In this document: positions 8,246 through 18,349 of the stretch, piece after piece
Position numbering within the stretch: position 1 is the first letter of the stretch
Layout of the letters: every line of letters begins with the position of its first letter
The notes under the pieces: generated by a model
Seen by the model: the letters and a program-made list of their open reading frames with translations, nothing else
Databases searched by the model: none
What the model was told of the DNA's origin: nothing
Made by a program: the position numbers and the translations under genes
From: Bdellovibrionota bacterium
GTDB lineage: Bacteria; Bdellovibrionota; UBA1018; CAIPTA01; JAALKR01
Direction of reading: 5' to 3'
Length of the DNA stretch: 64,000 nucleotides
NCBI GenBank assembly: GCA_965207455.1
Contig: CBDBMJ010000003.1
Span: 32,001 to 96,000, forward strand

Positions 8246-8581
8246 TATTTACTCCTTCTGAAAGACTTAGGTATCTCTACCCTCTTCTTTCTCTTAATTT
8301 AAAGCACACTTATTGGGAGGGTGCTCTTTCCCATTTGAAATCTTTCATCAATTATATTTGTTACTGCAAAGCCAAAATACTCCCAAAAGGGTTGAAAAAA
8401 GCCCTTTATTTTAAGTTATTTACGCCCGTATTCTGTTTGTATTTGCTGAAGACGAAGAAAAGCGGCTTTTCTCGACTAAAGGTAGACACCTGTCGAGAAA
8501 GTGAGCGGTAGTCTTTGATAAATTCTTGTATCTGTTACGCTGGAAATAGGTTGGATTCAACTGGTGGGTAGTGTTTTATGA

Positions 8582-8659
8582 TGGTCGGGGCGGCAGGATT
8601 TGAACCTACGACCCCTTGGTCCCAAACCAAGTGCGCTAGCCAGACTGCGCTACGCCCCG
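8582..8659 (-). tRNA. tRNA-Pro(TGG)
   Basis: CGGGGCGTAGCGCAGTCTGGCTAGCGCACTTGGTTTGGGACCAAGGGGTCGTAGGTTCAAATCCTGCCGCCCCGACCA. Confidence 0.97.
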
Positions 8660-8712
8660 ACAGAGTCTAAACTTTCTATTCCATATAAAAATCAATGTTA
8701 CCTGAATTCAAG

Positions 8713-9468
8713 CTATAATTCTTCCGATAAAGCTCGTTCAATCGCTTCTTCTTGGAGGGGGAGAATTTTTTGGATTCCGACCAAAGCCAGGTTCGTCATT
8801 TCAGTAAGTTTTTCTGGTGGAAAGGCGCTCTTCTCTCCCGTCCCTTGAATTTCCACAAAGTGTCCCTTTCCTGTGGCCACAACGTTCATGTCTACCTCAC
8901 ATTGGGAGTCCTCTTCATAGTCCAAATCTAAAAGGCAGTTTCCATCTTTATCAATGCCCACGCTAATGGCTCCAATGGATTCGACGAGAGGCTTATGGTG
9001 GGGAGGAATCTTTTTCGACTTTTGTAACTTACGAATAGCAATGACTAGGGCAACGTATGCCCCTACCACTGAGGCGGTACGAGTGCCTCCGTCGGCTTGT
9101 AAAACATCACAGTCTAAGAGGATGGTGCGTTCACCTAGTTGGTCAAAGTCCACGGCTATGCGAAGAGCGCGTCCGATGAGTCGTTGGATTTCTAGCGAAC
9201 GGGCACTGGCTTTGTCCCGTTCCCGTCGGTTTCGTACGTTTGTGGATCGGGGGAGCAGGGAGTATTCAGCAGACACCCAGCCCTTGCCCTGTCCCTTGAG
9301 AAAATGGGGAACCTTTTCTTCCACGCTGGCCGTGCAATACACCTTCGTATTACCTGCACTCACAAGGCAACTGCCCTCGGCGTGACAATTCACATTGACC
9401 TCTAAGGAAATGGGTCGGAGTTCTTGGGGGCTGCGATTAAAGGATCGATGTATTTTTTCCATAGGCAA
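8713..9468 (-). CDS. rph: ribonuclease PH
   Basis: GWVSAEYSLLPRST, DCDVLQADGGTRTAS motifs. Confidence 0.97.
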   Translation of the reverse strand: MPMEKIHRSFNRSPQELRPISLEVNVNCHAEGSCLVSAGNTKVYCTASVEEKVPHFLKGQGKGWVSAEYSLLPRSTNVRNRRERDKASARSLEIQRLIGRALRIAVDFDQLGERTILLDCDVLQADGGTRTASVVGAYVALVIAIRKLQKSKKIPPHHKPLVESIGAISVGIDKDGNCLLDLDYEEDSQCEVDMNVVATGKGHFVEIQGTGEKSAFPPEKLTEMTNLALVGIQKILPLQEEAIERALSEEL

Positions 9469-10140
9469 CTATACAACTACAACCTTTCGTCCATAATCAC
9501 AATAAGACTTTACAACACAATCACTGCATGCGGGGCGACGAGCCACACAAATCTGCCTCCCATGATAAATAATCCAGTGAGAAAACATCGTCCATTGCTT
9601 TTGAGGGATAATTTTCTCCAACGCACCTTCAATCTTTACGGGATCGACCTCCTGGGTAAGGCCCAATAAATTCGCAATACGCTTTACATGGGTGTCTACC
9701 ACCAATCCCGGGACACCAAAAGCATTCCCCAGCACCACATTGGCAGTTTTGCGACCCACACCTGCAAGGGCAGTGAGTGCCTCCATGGTTTGGGGTACGC
9801 GCCCACCATGGGAACTCACCAACACTCGAGCGCATTTTTGAAGATTCTTTGCCTTGTTTTTAAAAAAGCCTGTGGAGTGCACAATGGATTCAATGGTAGA
9901 AAGGCGAGCTTTTGCCAAGAGTTCTGGCGTTGGGTATTTTGCAAAAAGAACTTTTGTCACCTTATTTACCTGCACGTCTGTGCATTGAGCCGACAGTATG
10001 GTGGCAAATAAAAGCTGCTCAGGGGTTTTATAGTCCAAAGCACATTTTGCTTCAGGGTACTCCAAGCTTAGAGCTTCAACGATTCGCTCCACTTTTTTTT
10101 TCAACTCTATTGTATTGTTTATTTTTTTCGCTGTAGCCAT
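9469..10140 (-). CDS. nth: endonuclease III
   Basis: LSAQCTD, HhH GVGRKTANVVL, VDTHV, C-x6-C-x2-C-x5-C cluster. Confidence 0.97.
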   Translation of the reverse strand: MATAKKINNTIELKKKVERIVEALSLEYPEAKCALDYKTPEQLLFATILSAQCTDVQVNKVTKVLFAKYPTPELLAKARLSTIESIVHSTGFFKNKAKNLQKCARVLVSSHGGRVPQTMEALTALAGVGRKTANVVLGNAFGVPGLVVDTHVKRIANLLGLTQEVDPVKIEGALEKIIPQKQWTMFSHWIIYHGRQICVARRPACSDCVVKSYCDYGRKVVVV

Positions 10141-11777
10141 TGGGCCATTTCCTTTACATTTTTTGTATTGACGATATCTTTTTTCCCTAAACCACCCTTG
10201 CGTGCCATGAGCACACCATAGCGATAGTCCTCCAGTCCTCGAATGCTATGGGCGTCGGGGGAAATCGCTATGGAAACTTTTTTTTCTTTTGCCTGGGGAA
10301 GTATGCGCCAGTCGAGGTCCAGACGATAGGGACTGCTATTTAGCTCTATGCCTGTTTGAAAGGCTGCTGCGGTTTCAAGAACAGCTTCCATATCGAAATC
10401 ATAACCCTTCCGACCCAAGAGAATCCGTCCCGTGGGATGGCCCAGCCAAGTGGAAAATGGATTCTTCAGGGCTGTACAAATTCGTCGGGTCATGGCTTCT
10501 TTATTCATTTGAAACTGTCCGTGGATGCTGGCAATAACAAAATCAAATTTTGCAAGTATTTCGTCGGGATAGTCGAGAGAACCGTCGGAAAGAATGTCGG
10601 ACTCAATGCCATGGAAGATATGAACGTCCTTCTGTTTTTCGTTTAAAGCTCTCACCTCATCGCGCTGTCGCTGGATTGTGTCCACCTTCAAACCATTAGC
10701 ATAGATAGCCGACTGAGAATGGTCCGATACACCCAAATAAGAAAGCCCCAACTCCCTACACTTCTCCACCATTTCTTTCAAAGAATTTGCCCCATCACTT
10801 TCAGTAGTATGGGCATGGAAAACACCTTGAATGTCTGCCTCCTCCACAAGATCAATGTTTACGGGCTTTCCCTCTCGCATTTCCGGAGGAATCCATTCAA
10901 GACCAATATTTTGAAAAATAGCTTCCTGAGTTTCTCCCTCTGTAATGGAACCCATTTTTTCTAAAGAAGATACAAAGGTGGATGAGCCGGTAAGACGCAG
11001 CTTCGTAACCTCTAAACTGTGGGGCATTTTTTTTGTCCAAAGAAAAACCCGAACAGCGATGCCATCCTCAGTACTACCCTCCATACAAGGCCAAGGATCC
11101 TTTGTAAAAGTAAAGTCAGGAGAAATGGGCTTTAGTTTTGTGAGATCAGGACGCTTTTCCGTCGACTGGTGCAGGAGAAAATCCAAGCTAGACAAAGTCT
11201 CCATTCGACGACAAAGCTCTCCCACCTCATACACAGCCTCCACCCCAGACAGCACCTCCAAAACGCTGCGAATACTTGCCGACCAGTCCAACCCCCGGGG
11301 CAAAAGACAACGCCCTCGATTGAGTGCCAAATTCTCCAATCCCTTTTGAATACTCCTTTGACTTTTCTCCCCAAAACCCTTGAGATCCAATAAACGATTT
11401 TCACCACAGGCATATTCCAACTCCGAGAGACTACCAACGGACAAAGTCTCCCAAAGAACTTTAATTTTCTTCACCCCAAGACCGGGCACTGCCCTAAGCT
11501 CCATCAGTCGAGACGGAAAACCCTCCTTGAGTTCCTTTAACTCCTCCAAGTCTCCTTCACTCAAATACTCCTCAATGGCAGCAATTAAACCTTTGCCAAT
11601 CCCCTTGATTTTATGTAGATCCTTCGTCGACAAAAGAGTTTTCACATCCCTGGTTTCACCCTTAATAATGGCAGCCCCATTGGAGAAGGCACGCACCTTA
11701 AATGGGTTGGCTCCTTTTAGATCCAAGAAAAAAGCCATTTCCGTAAATAATTCAGCAACCTTATTATTATCCGACAT
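10119..11777 (-). CDS. polX: DNA polymerase X family / PHP domain protein
   Basis: NPFKVRAF, HhH motifs, PHP HAHTTESDG...SDHS...DAH. Confidence 0.93.
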   Translation of the reverse strand: MSDNNKVAELFTEMAFFLDLKGANPFKVRAFSNGAAIIKGETRDVKTLLSTKDLHKIKGIGKGLIAAIEEYLSEGDLEELKELKEGFPSRLMELRAVPGLGVKKIKVLWETLSVGSLSELEYACGENRLLDLKGFGEKSQRSIQKGLENLALNRGRCLLPRGLDWSASIRSVLEVLSGVEAVYEVGELCRRMETLSSLDFLLHQSTEKRPDLTKLKPISPDFTFTKDPWPCMEGSTEDGIAVRVFLWTKKMPHSLEVTKLRLTGSSTFVSSLEKMGSITEGETQEAIFQNIGLEWIPPEMREGKPVNIDLVEEADIQGVFHAHTTESDGANSLKEMVEKCRELGLSYLGVSDHSQSAIYANGLKVDTIQRQRDEVRALNEKQKDVHIFHGIESDILSDGSLDYPDEILAKFDFVIASIHGQFQMNKEAMTRRICTALKNPFSTWLGHPTGRILLGRKGYDFDMEAVLETAAAFQTGIELNSSPYRLDLDWRILPQAKEKKVSIAISPDAHSIRGLEDYRYGVLMARKGGLGKKDIVNTKNVKEMAQWLQRKK

Positions 11778-11901
11778 AAATTTTTTGTATCCACAAAACT
11801 CAGTGAATACAAGCCGTAAGGGACAACAAAGGAAGCAACTTGACAGAAAATCTCAACCCCTGTATAGCAGAGACAGGGATAATTCATTTTGTAAAAATTG
11901 A

Positions 11902-11978
<77 letters not shown>

Positions 11979-12341
11979 AAAATAAAACACTACCCACCAG
12001 TTAAACCCAACCTACTTTCTAATACGCACACCATCAAGTTAGGAGACCCTGTAAAGGGGCGAGTAAGCCAACCCTTTATGGATCCCAGAGAAATAGTACA
12101 TCGTAATAGGGCAAGCCTAAAAAAAACCCAAACCCTTGTTCCAACCTCAAGCAAAAATAAAGATTAAGTGCACTTCAATTTTCTTAGACGCTGGTATATT
12201 GCCTTCTAGTACTGGAAGATCCTATAAACAACAAATAACCGACTTTTTTACTTTAGAACATTGCTGAAAATGCTTTAGTCCAACAAGAAACTGTTTTTTT
12301 TCCATGCCCTATGGTAAGTTGCGAACTAATTATTCTTGGGA

Positions 12342-12418
12342 GCAGGTGTAGCTCAGTTGGATAGAGTAGTTGGCTTCGAACCAATTGGTCGGGGGTTCGA
12401 ATCCCTCCACCTGCGCCA
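12342..12418 (+). tRNA. tRNA-Arg(TCG)
   Basis: GCAGGTGTAGCTCAGTTGGATAGAG...TTGGCTTCGAACCAA...ACCTGCGCCA. Confidence 0.95.
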
Positions 12419-12464
12419 TTCTCGGCAAAAAATTTATTTAAACAAACACTTACAGAGGAAGTAA

Positions 12465-13232
12465 ATGGAAAAAAGTGGATATAGTACACAGGAACTGCGC
12501 AATTTAGTTAAGCTGCGTCAGCGAGGGACTTATATATACATCCTGCCTAATTTATTTACAGCCACAAATCTTGTCTTTGGTTTTTTATCTGTCATTTCTT
12601 CCATGGAGGGTAATTTTGAGTATGCTGCTTGGGCAATTTTATTAGCCACCGTATTTGATCTTTTAGATGGACGGGTTGCTCGCCTCACCAATACCATGAC
12701 CCGTTTTGGAACAGAGTTAGATTCCCTGTGCGACCTAATTTCTTTTGGCATGGCTCCTGCCATATTGATATACCAATCGTCTTTGCGAGAAATGGGTGGA
12801 TGGGGTTTGGTTGTGGCCATGGTTTTTCTTCTTTGTGGCGCTCTCCGCTTAGCAAGATTTAATGTGTTTTCCAATGTGGTTCCCAAAAGCTACTTCCAGG
12901 GGCTACCAATTCCTGCAGCTTCTGCTGCTATTGTTACGCTTATTTTTTTCATGAACAGCACGGGCCATAGTTTAGAAGATAATTTTTTTGTGCCTGCCCT
13001 TGTTCTCTTTTTAAGTTTTCTTATGGTCACTACAATTCGTTTTTTTAGTTTTAAGAAAATCTACCTTGGAGGCCCCCATTCCATTCCCATAATTCTTACT
13101 GCAATTATAATAGTACCTTCACTAATTTTATGGTTTGAAACACTGGCATTTTTATTGCTTCATTTTTATATTGCCCTTTCTCTTTTTTTAGATCTACTTC
13201 GTCATGTTCGACGAAAGGATGCCCTTCAGTGA
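12465..13232 (+). CDS. pssA: CDP-diacylglycerol--serine O-phosphatidyltransferase
   Basis: DLLDGRVARLT..FG.ELDSLCD motif, LRLARFN. Confidence 0.93.
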   Translation: MEKSGYSTQELRNLVKLRQRGTYIYILPNLFTATNLVFGFLSVISSMEGNFEYAAWAILLATVFDLLDGRVARLTNTMTRFGTELDSLCDLISFGMAPAILIYQSSLREMGGWGLVVAMVFLLCGALRLARFNVFSNVVPKSYFQGLPIPAASAAIVTLIFFMNSTGHSLEDNFFVPALVLFLSFLMVTTIRFFSFKKIYLGGPHSIPIILTAIIIVPSLILWFETLAFLLLHFYIALSLFLDLLRHVRRKDALQ

Positions 13233-14071
13233 ATGAAGAGGAGCGTACCTTTTGTTTGCACATTGCCTATGTGGGCACAGGCTATCGAGGATGGCAACGT
13301 CAATCCCCAAAACAAGAGCAGGAGCAAAGCAGTGTGTCCGCTGTACTGGAGAGAGCTATTCGCACGGCTACAAACAGAAGTACCATTTCCTTTCATGGGA
13401 GTGGGCGTACGGATTCCGGTGCGCACGCCCGCAAGCAAGTGGCACATCTTCGTGTATGCACGAGATTTACGCCGTCAATCCTCCTACTAGCTATCAACAG
13501 TTTTTTGCCCACAGACATTCGTGTTACCTGTATTGAAGAAAAAAAATCCACGTTCCATGCCCAGTTGCAGGCGAAATTAAAATGCTATCGCTATTTTATT
13601 CTCTATAATCCCAGCGACAAAAATAAAACTACTTGGCCCTTTCTGTATTCTTGGACATGGTATATCCGTGCTCCACTGGACTGTTCTGCCATGGAGGAAG
13701 CCTTGGGTCATCTGGTGGGAGAGCATGATTTTATGTCCTTTCAAAACACAGGGACAGCCGTCAGCACTACGGTAAGGCATATCTCGGAAGCACGATGTAT
13801 TGAACATAAAGAAAAACTGGGCGACTTTCCCTGGATGCCTCCCCAAGGGTCAAACCTACGTTTACTGGAGATTTGTATTGTGGGTAATGGATTTTTAAAG
13901 CAAATGGTCCGCACTATCGTGGGCACGGTTGTGGATATAGGGAAAGGAAAGTACGACTCTGGGAGAATACAATATATTTTATCCCAAAAAGATCGACGAT
14001 ATAGCGGAATTACAGCCCCTGCTAGAGCCTTGTTTCTCGACAATGTGAAATATACAGCTAACTACACGTAG
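13229..14071 (+). CDS. truA: tRNA pseudouridine(38-40) synthase
   Basis: GWQRQ, GSGRTDSGAHA, GNGFLKQMVR. Confidence 0.95.
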   Translation: MNEEERTFCLHIAYVGTGYRGWQRQSPKQEQEQSSVSAVLERAIRTATNRSTISFHGSGRTDSGAHARKQVAHLRVCTRFTPSILLLAINSFLPTDIRVTCIEEKKSTFHAQLQAKLKCYRYFILYNPSDKNKTTWPFLYSWTWYIRAPLDCSAMEEALGHLVGEHDFMSFQNTGTAVSTTVRHISEARCIEHKEKLGDFPWMPPQGSNLRLLEICIVGNGFLKQMVRTIVGTVVDIGKGKYDSGRIQYILSQKDRRYSGITAPARALFLDNVKYTANYT

Positions 14072-14087
14072 TCCACTGCAAGCAACT

Positions 14088-14939
14088 TCAGTCATCAAAA
14101 TCAAGTTCAATGGGTTTGCTCGATCTCGGTACAGGCGCTACTGCCAGGGTGAGGGTTGCTGTGATAAGAGAGGTATCTACTAAAACACGCAAGCCCATAC
14201 TTCCATAGGGAACAACATACCATTCATACTGTCCACCAAGGCTAATTTTTAATCCATTATCTTTCAAGCGATCTTTATGGGTATCCAATCCCGTACCACC
14301 GATTTTAGTATACTGGTAGCTTGCTAACGCAAAAACTTGCAAGCGACGAAAAAGTTCCCATTCCCCCAACACCCCAGCCCGCACTGTAAGGTCGGTGGCA
14401 TCTGCAAGAAAGATGTTTGGCTGTGATATGTCGCCAAGATTCAAGTAAGTGCCAGCAGCATAAAGATTAAAGAAAATATTGCCGGTCAATGGAAGCGGTA
14501 TCTCCAAAAGTCGTGTATTAAAACCAAATGCTAGTCCTGTGGCTTTATCTGATAAAGTGTTTGTTGGGTAGCTTTTTTGCGCACCACCCATGAATAAAGT
14601 CCAGTCGGGTTTGTCTATCCCACTTAGCGCTCTTTCACTGCTGTGATTTAGTGAGGCTTTCCCGGAAAATGGCAGGTTGATGTCTTCTCCGTCAGCATCT
14701 TCTATGTCAGATGCGTCTTCGTCAAGTTCTAGCACATCCTCTTCGTTGTCATCATCGTCTTCTTCCTCACCCGATTCATCTTCTTCAATCTCTTCGTCTT
14801 CCATAGCATCATCTTCTTCATCTAAAAACTCTTGGAACTCATCATCCGTATCTGCCGCACTTGCTATATTCGCTGTGTATATCTGGGGAGGAAGGAAGAG
14901 GAACAGGGCGACAAGAAGAATGGAGCGAAAATAAATCAT
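14088..14939 (-). CDS. hypothetical exported protein, acidic tract plus beta-barrel-like C-terminus
   Basis: Signal peptide, long D/E run, alternating-hydrophobic strands. Confidence 0.7.
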   Translation of the reverse strand: MIYFRSILLVALFLFLPPQIYTANIASAADTDDEFQEFLDEEDDAMEDEEIEEDESGEEEDDDDNEEDVLELDEDASDIEDADGEDINLPFSGKASLNHSSERALSGIDKPDWTLFMGGAQKSYPTNTLSDKATGLAFGFNTRLLEIPLPLTGNIFFNLYAAGTYLNLGDISQPNIFLADATDLTVRAGVLGEWELFRRLQVFALASYQYTKIGGTGLDTHKDRLKDNGLKISLGGQYEWYVVPYGSMGLRVLVDTSLITATLTLAVAPVPRSSKPIELDFDD

Positions 14940-15025
14940 ACTAAAAGTGTAACAAAACACATTCTGAAATACCACACACAATCCAGTAGACCGCAGGAAT
15001 AGTCTTATGTTATTCCATCAATAGG

Positions 15026-16342
15026 ATGGAAACTACAGATAAATTATTAAAAACTAGCAATATCAAATATACGCAAAAATCGTCCATAGCAGGAGAGATG
15101 GAAATCACCATTGACAGTGAGCGTGTGGTAGAGCGTATGGAAAGCAATTTTGAGAAAATTCGCCATAAAGCGGAGTTACCTGGATTTCGAAAGGGACGGG
15201 TTCCCATGAATATCGTGCGTCAGAAATACCGATCAGAGGTGATCCGAGATACTTTTGAGGATTTGGTGAGCCGCGCCTGCCACATCGCAGCAGAAAAGAA
15301 GGAAGTTCCGATTGTGGGCGCACCTAAGGTGAAGAAAACAAATTGGCTAAACTGGGATGAAAAATCCCCCATGGAGTTTACGGCTCTAGTGGAGCTAGTG
15401 CCCAGCCCGAAGCTTAAAAAATATAAGGGGTTAGAGTTCACGGTAACGGCTATTACAGAGAAAGAAATGGATTCTGAGTACAATGCCGTCCTGAAAAAAA
15501 TCATGGGTCCTTACGTCACCCTAGAGGAGATGAAAGCAAAACGAGGTGTTCGTGCCGATGATATTGTTTGCATGGATTTAAAAGTAACAATAGACGGGCA
15601 CCACTCCCCTACCCACTCTTTAGTCAATAAAATGTTTGAAATAGGCGCCTCCGCTTTGCCCCAAAAACTAGAGAATGAAATCCTTGGAATGAGCGTTGGA
15701 GAAGAAAAGAAGTTGGAAGAAATCTACCCTCAGAATCACCCACAAATAGAGGTGGCTGGAAAAAAGCTCTTGGAAGAAATAAAAATATTGGAGATAAAAA
15801 CCAAGAAATATCCAGAACTCACAGACGAATTTATAGAAGAAAATTGGAAGACAGACCCTAAAAAGTGGAAAGAAGAAATGCGATCATTGGTTAAAAAAGA
15901 AATGAAAGGAAAGCAAAAAGTAGAAAAAGAATCAGCTTTAATAACGGAACTACTCAAGGCGAATCCACTAGAAGTTCCAGAAACCATGATCCACCAGCGC
16001 TTGGATGTTATCTTGGACAGCATGTTCAATGGCCTCAAACCATCCTATCCCATGGAGGAAATAAAAAAAACAATAGAGGGCAATATGCCTAAACATATTA
16101 AACGGGCAGAGAACGACGTGAAAGCCTCCCTTTTATTTGAAAAGGTTATAGAAAAAGTAAACCCCAGTGTTTCCGATGAAGAGGTAAAGGCTAGAATAGC
16201 CCAGTCCACTCAGCCTAACCAGCCTGCCCAGTCAGATTCCCCGCAAAAACCAAAAAGCGAAAAGATTGCTGCTCGAGAAATTAAATTTGAAAAAGCGCTA
16301 AATTATATGATGGAACATTCGAAAATTAAGGAGAAAACGTGA
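15026..16342 (+). CDS. tig: trigger factor
   Basis: LPGFRKGRVP ribosome-binding signature, FKBP-like middle. Confidence 0.93.
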   Translation: METTDKLLKTSNIKYTQKSSIAGEMEITIDSERVVERMESNFEKIRHKAELPGFRKGRVPMNIVRQKYRSEVIRDTFEDLVSRACHIAAEKKEVPIVGAPKVKKTNWLNWDEKSPMEFTALVELVPSPKLKKYKGLEFTVTAITEKEMDSEYNAVLKKIMGPYVTLEEMKAKRGVRADDIVCMDLKVTIDGHHSPTHSLVNKMFEIGASALPQKLENEILGMSVGEEKKLEEIYPQNHPQIEVAGKKLLEEIKILEIKTKKYPELTDEFIEENWKTDPKKWKEEMRSLVKKEMKGKQKVEKESALITELLKANPLEVPETMIHQRLDVILDSMFNGLKPSYPMEEIKKTIEGNMPKHIKRAENDVKASLLFEKVIEKVNPSVSDEEVKARIAQSTQPNQPAQSDSPQKPKSEKIAAREIKFEKALNYMMEHSKIKEKT

Positions 16343-16881
16343 TGGCTACGGATGAAAAGCTACTTTGGCTAGATTTAGAAATGAGTGGGTTGGCTGTAGA
16401 GAAGTGCCGTATTTTGGAGATAGCTGCCATCATTACCGACTATAAGTTTGAACACCTGAAAACTTTTCATCGAATTATTCAACAGCCTCAAAGCGTATTA
16501 CAGTCCATGGACGATTGGTGTTCTAATATGCATCGTAAAAGTGGGCTTTTAGAAAAAATATCAACTGGCACACGGGAGCTAGAGGCAGAGGTGCAGTTCC
16601 TTCAATTCCTGGATGAAGATTTTCAGAAAGAAGATAAAATTATTTTAGCTGGCAATAGCATCGCTCAAGATCGAAAATTCCTTGACCGGTATTGGAAAAA
16701 AACCAGTCAGCACCTCCACTACAGAATGTTGGACGTGAGTGCTTTTAAAATTATTTTTAGTCAAAAGTACGGAAAGAAATTTGAAAAGAAACAAAGCCAC
16801 CGAGCCCTAGATGATGTGAAGAACTCCATCGAAGAGTTGAAGTTCTATCTTCAATTTATCAAAGTAAGTGCCTTGCACTAA
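16339..16881 (+). CDS. orn: oligoribonuclease
   Basis: WLDLEMSGL, LAGNSIAQDRKFL, HYRMLDVS, HRALDD. Confidence 0.96.
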   Translation: MMATDEKLLWLDLEMSGLAVEKCRILEIAAIITDYKFEHLKTFHRIIQQPQSVLQSMDDWCSNMHRKSGLLEKISTGTRELEAEVQFLQFLDEDFQKEDKIILAGNSIAQDRKFLDRYWKKTSQHLHYRMLDVSAFKIIFSQKYGKKFEKKQSHRALDDVKNSIEELKFYLQFIKVSALH

Positions 16882-16892
16882 AACTCTTTTAT

Positions 16893-18296
16893 TTAAAATT
16901 CAAACATGCGGATGGAGGAAAATTCCGTTCGTTGGGATTTTTCCTTGTTCACACCATAGACACGCCAATAATAGGAGCCTTGTTTCTCTAAGCTAATCCG
17001 CAGGCCTGTGCTCTTGGACTTGTAGGTATAGAATTTTTTAAACGTGGGACTCTGGGATAAATGCAATATATAGGAGTTTACGCCTTCCACTGGATGCCAT
17101 GTAAGTGAGGCTGGCGCTCGGCTTATTTTACTCCTATCTTTAGGAAACTTTAAACGAAGCTCACTTTTGAGCATAGAGTCGAGGATGGGGCTCTTGGGTG
17201 GCTCAGTTTTCGCTGTTGCATTTTCGGGCGAAGGGGTTTGCGGCTCTTCCATTTTCACACCCCCCTCAGCTGAAACAACTGGAGTAGTTAGAGCAACTGG
17301 AACAGTTGGCACAACTGGAACTGTTGGATTGGACACAACAGAAGTGCTGGCCTTGTTTGTCGGAGAAAAGAATCCGTTGGCTAAAAAATATATCTCTTCT
17401 AGGGAAGGCAGGTGGCGAATTTCCTCTGCTCCCGATACTTCCCTTCGTATTACTTGCATGTCGGCATTGGCTCCCACCTGCGCTTTTAATAGTGGGCGCT
17501 TGCTATTCTGTGTGGCTCCAATATTCCAATATAATTGTACTCTCCCTTCATGACCGTAAAGTGTATTGGTTTCTCCATTCCACTGAAAACGGGCAGGACC
17601 ATCGGACTGCATCGAAACCACTCCCCATGGGAACGAAAGCCCCATCTTGGTTGATCCTGTAGTCTGGAAATTCACCATTCCTTGAACTTCCAATACTTTC
17701 TCCGATCCCTTTCCCCGTAAAAATTTCACGTACGATCCGGGGGCTATGGTGATGAATAGATTTTCGCATGTCACGATGACTGAGACATTTGGCGCTGTTC
17801 CTGGAAACCGAACGCCTGGAGAAATACGAGCCTGTTGTACTAATTTCTCCGACTCTCCTGGAATGTGTATGGGAATGCGAAGGTTCCTTGCATTATTGTC
17901 ACTGGGATTAAATACACGCTGAATACCACAGGAATAGGGGTGAGCAAAGTACTGGGGCAGGTACTCGGCTAGGGTATTTTTTATTGAGTTGGGAACAAAG
18001 CTATCGAAGTGTTTCATTAGGTTCTTTGTGTCGAATAGGGAAGACTTTTGCTGGCTATTTTGCTGACTAGGAGGAGAGACAGATGCAATTCGACGTGAAG
18101 CGCCTCTTGGCTGGAATTGGGAGAGAAACGGAGGGAGTTTTACTTGCAGTTGACGCAACAGATCGGAACCCTGTGGATGAAATAATAACCAGCCGGAACA
18201 GAAGCCCATGTTAAAAACCAAGCCAACACAAAACATCCTAAAAAATAGTTTTTTTATAAATTTCAAAAAAAAAAGCCCTCTTGTAAAAAATACCAT
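16893..18296 (-). CDS. hypothetical membrane-anchored protein (FecR-like strands, C-terminal Fn3-like domain)
   Basis: Long ORF, N-terminal TM, YYWRVYGV C-terminus. Confidence 0.65.
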   Translation of the reverse strand: MVFFTRGLFFLKFIKKLFFRMFCVGLVFNMGFCSGWLLFHPQGSDLLRQLQVKLPPFLSQFQPRGASRRIASVSPPSQQNSQQKSSLFDTKNLMKHFDSFVPNSIKNTLAEYLPQYFAHPYSCGIQRVFNPSDNNARNLRIPIHIPGESEKLVQQARISPGVRFPGTAPNVSVIVTCENLFITIAPGSYVKFLRGKGSEKVLEVQGMVNFQTTGSTKMGLSFPWGVVSMQSDGPARFQWNGETNTLYGHEGRVQLYWNIGATQNSKRPLLKAQVGANADMQVIRREVSGAEEIRHLPSLEEIYFLANGFFSPTNKASTSVVSNPTVPVVPTVPVALTTPVVSAEGGVKMEEPQTPSPENATAKTEPPKSPILDSMLKSELRLKFPKDRSKISRAPASLTWHPVEGVNSYILHLSQSPTFKKFYTYKSKSTGLRISLEKQGSYYWRVYGVNKEKSQRTEFSSIRMFEF

Positions 18297-18349
18297 GGCA
18301 CTTAAAACTCGACAAGTAGCTTCGGATCATCTATATAGTTTTATGTAGA

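Noticed and set aside
2649..8659. CRISPR array or integron cassette array
   Set aside because: Repeats are ~1.4 kb, no cas or intI gene, and no attC-type GTTRRRY/RYYYAAC structure recognised
12041..12095. Hairpin after tRNA-fMet as a riboswitch or ncRNA
   Set aside because: Single stem, no recognisable aptamer consensus or downstream gene
14677..14934. Ser-rich plus-strand ORF
   Set aside because: Antisense shadow of the D/E tract of 14088-14939
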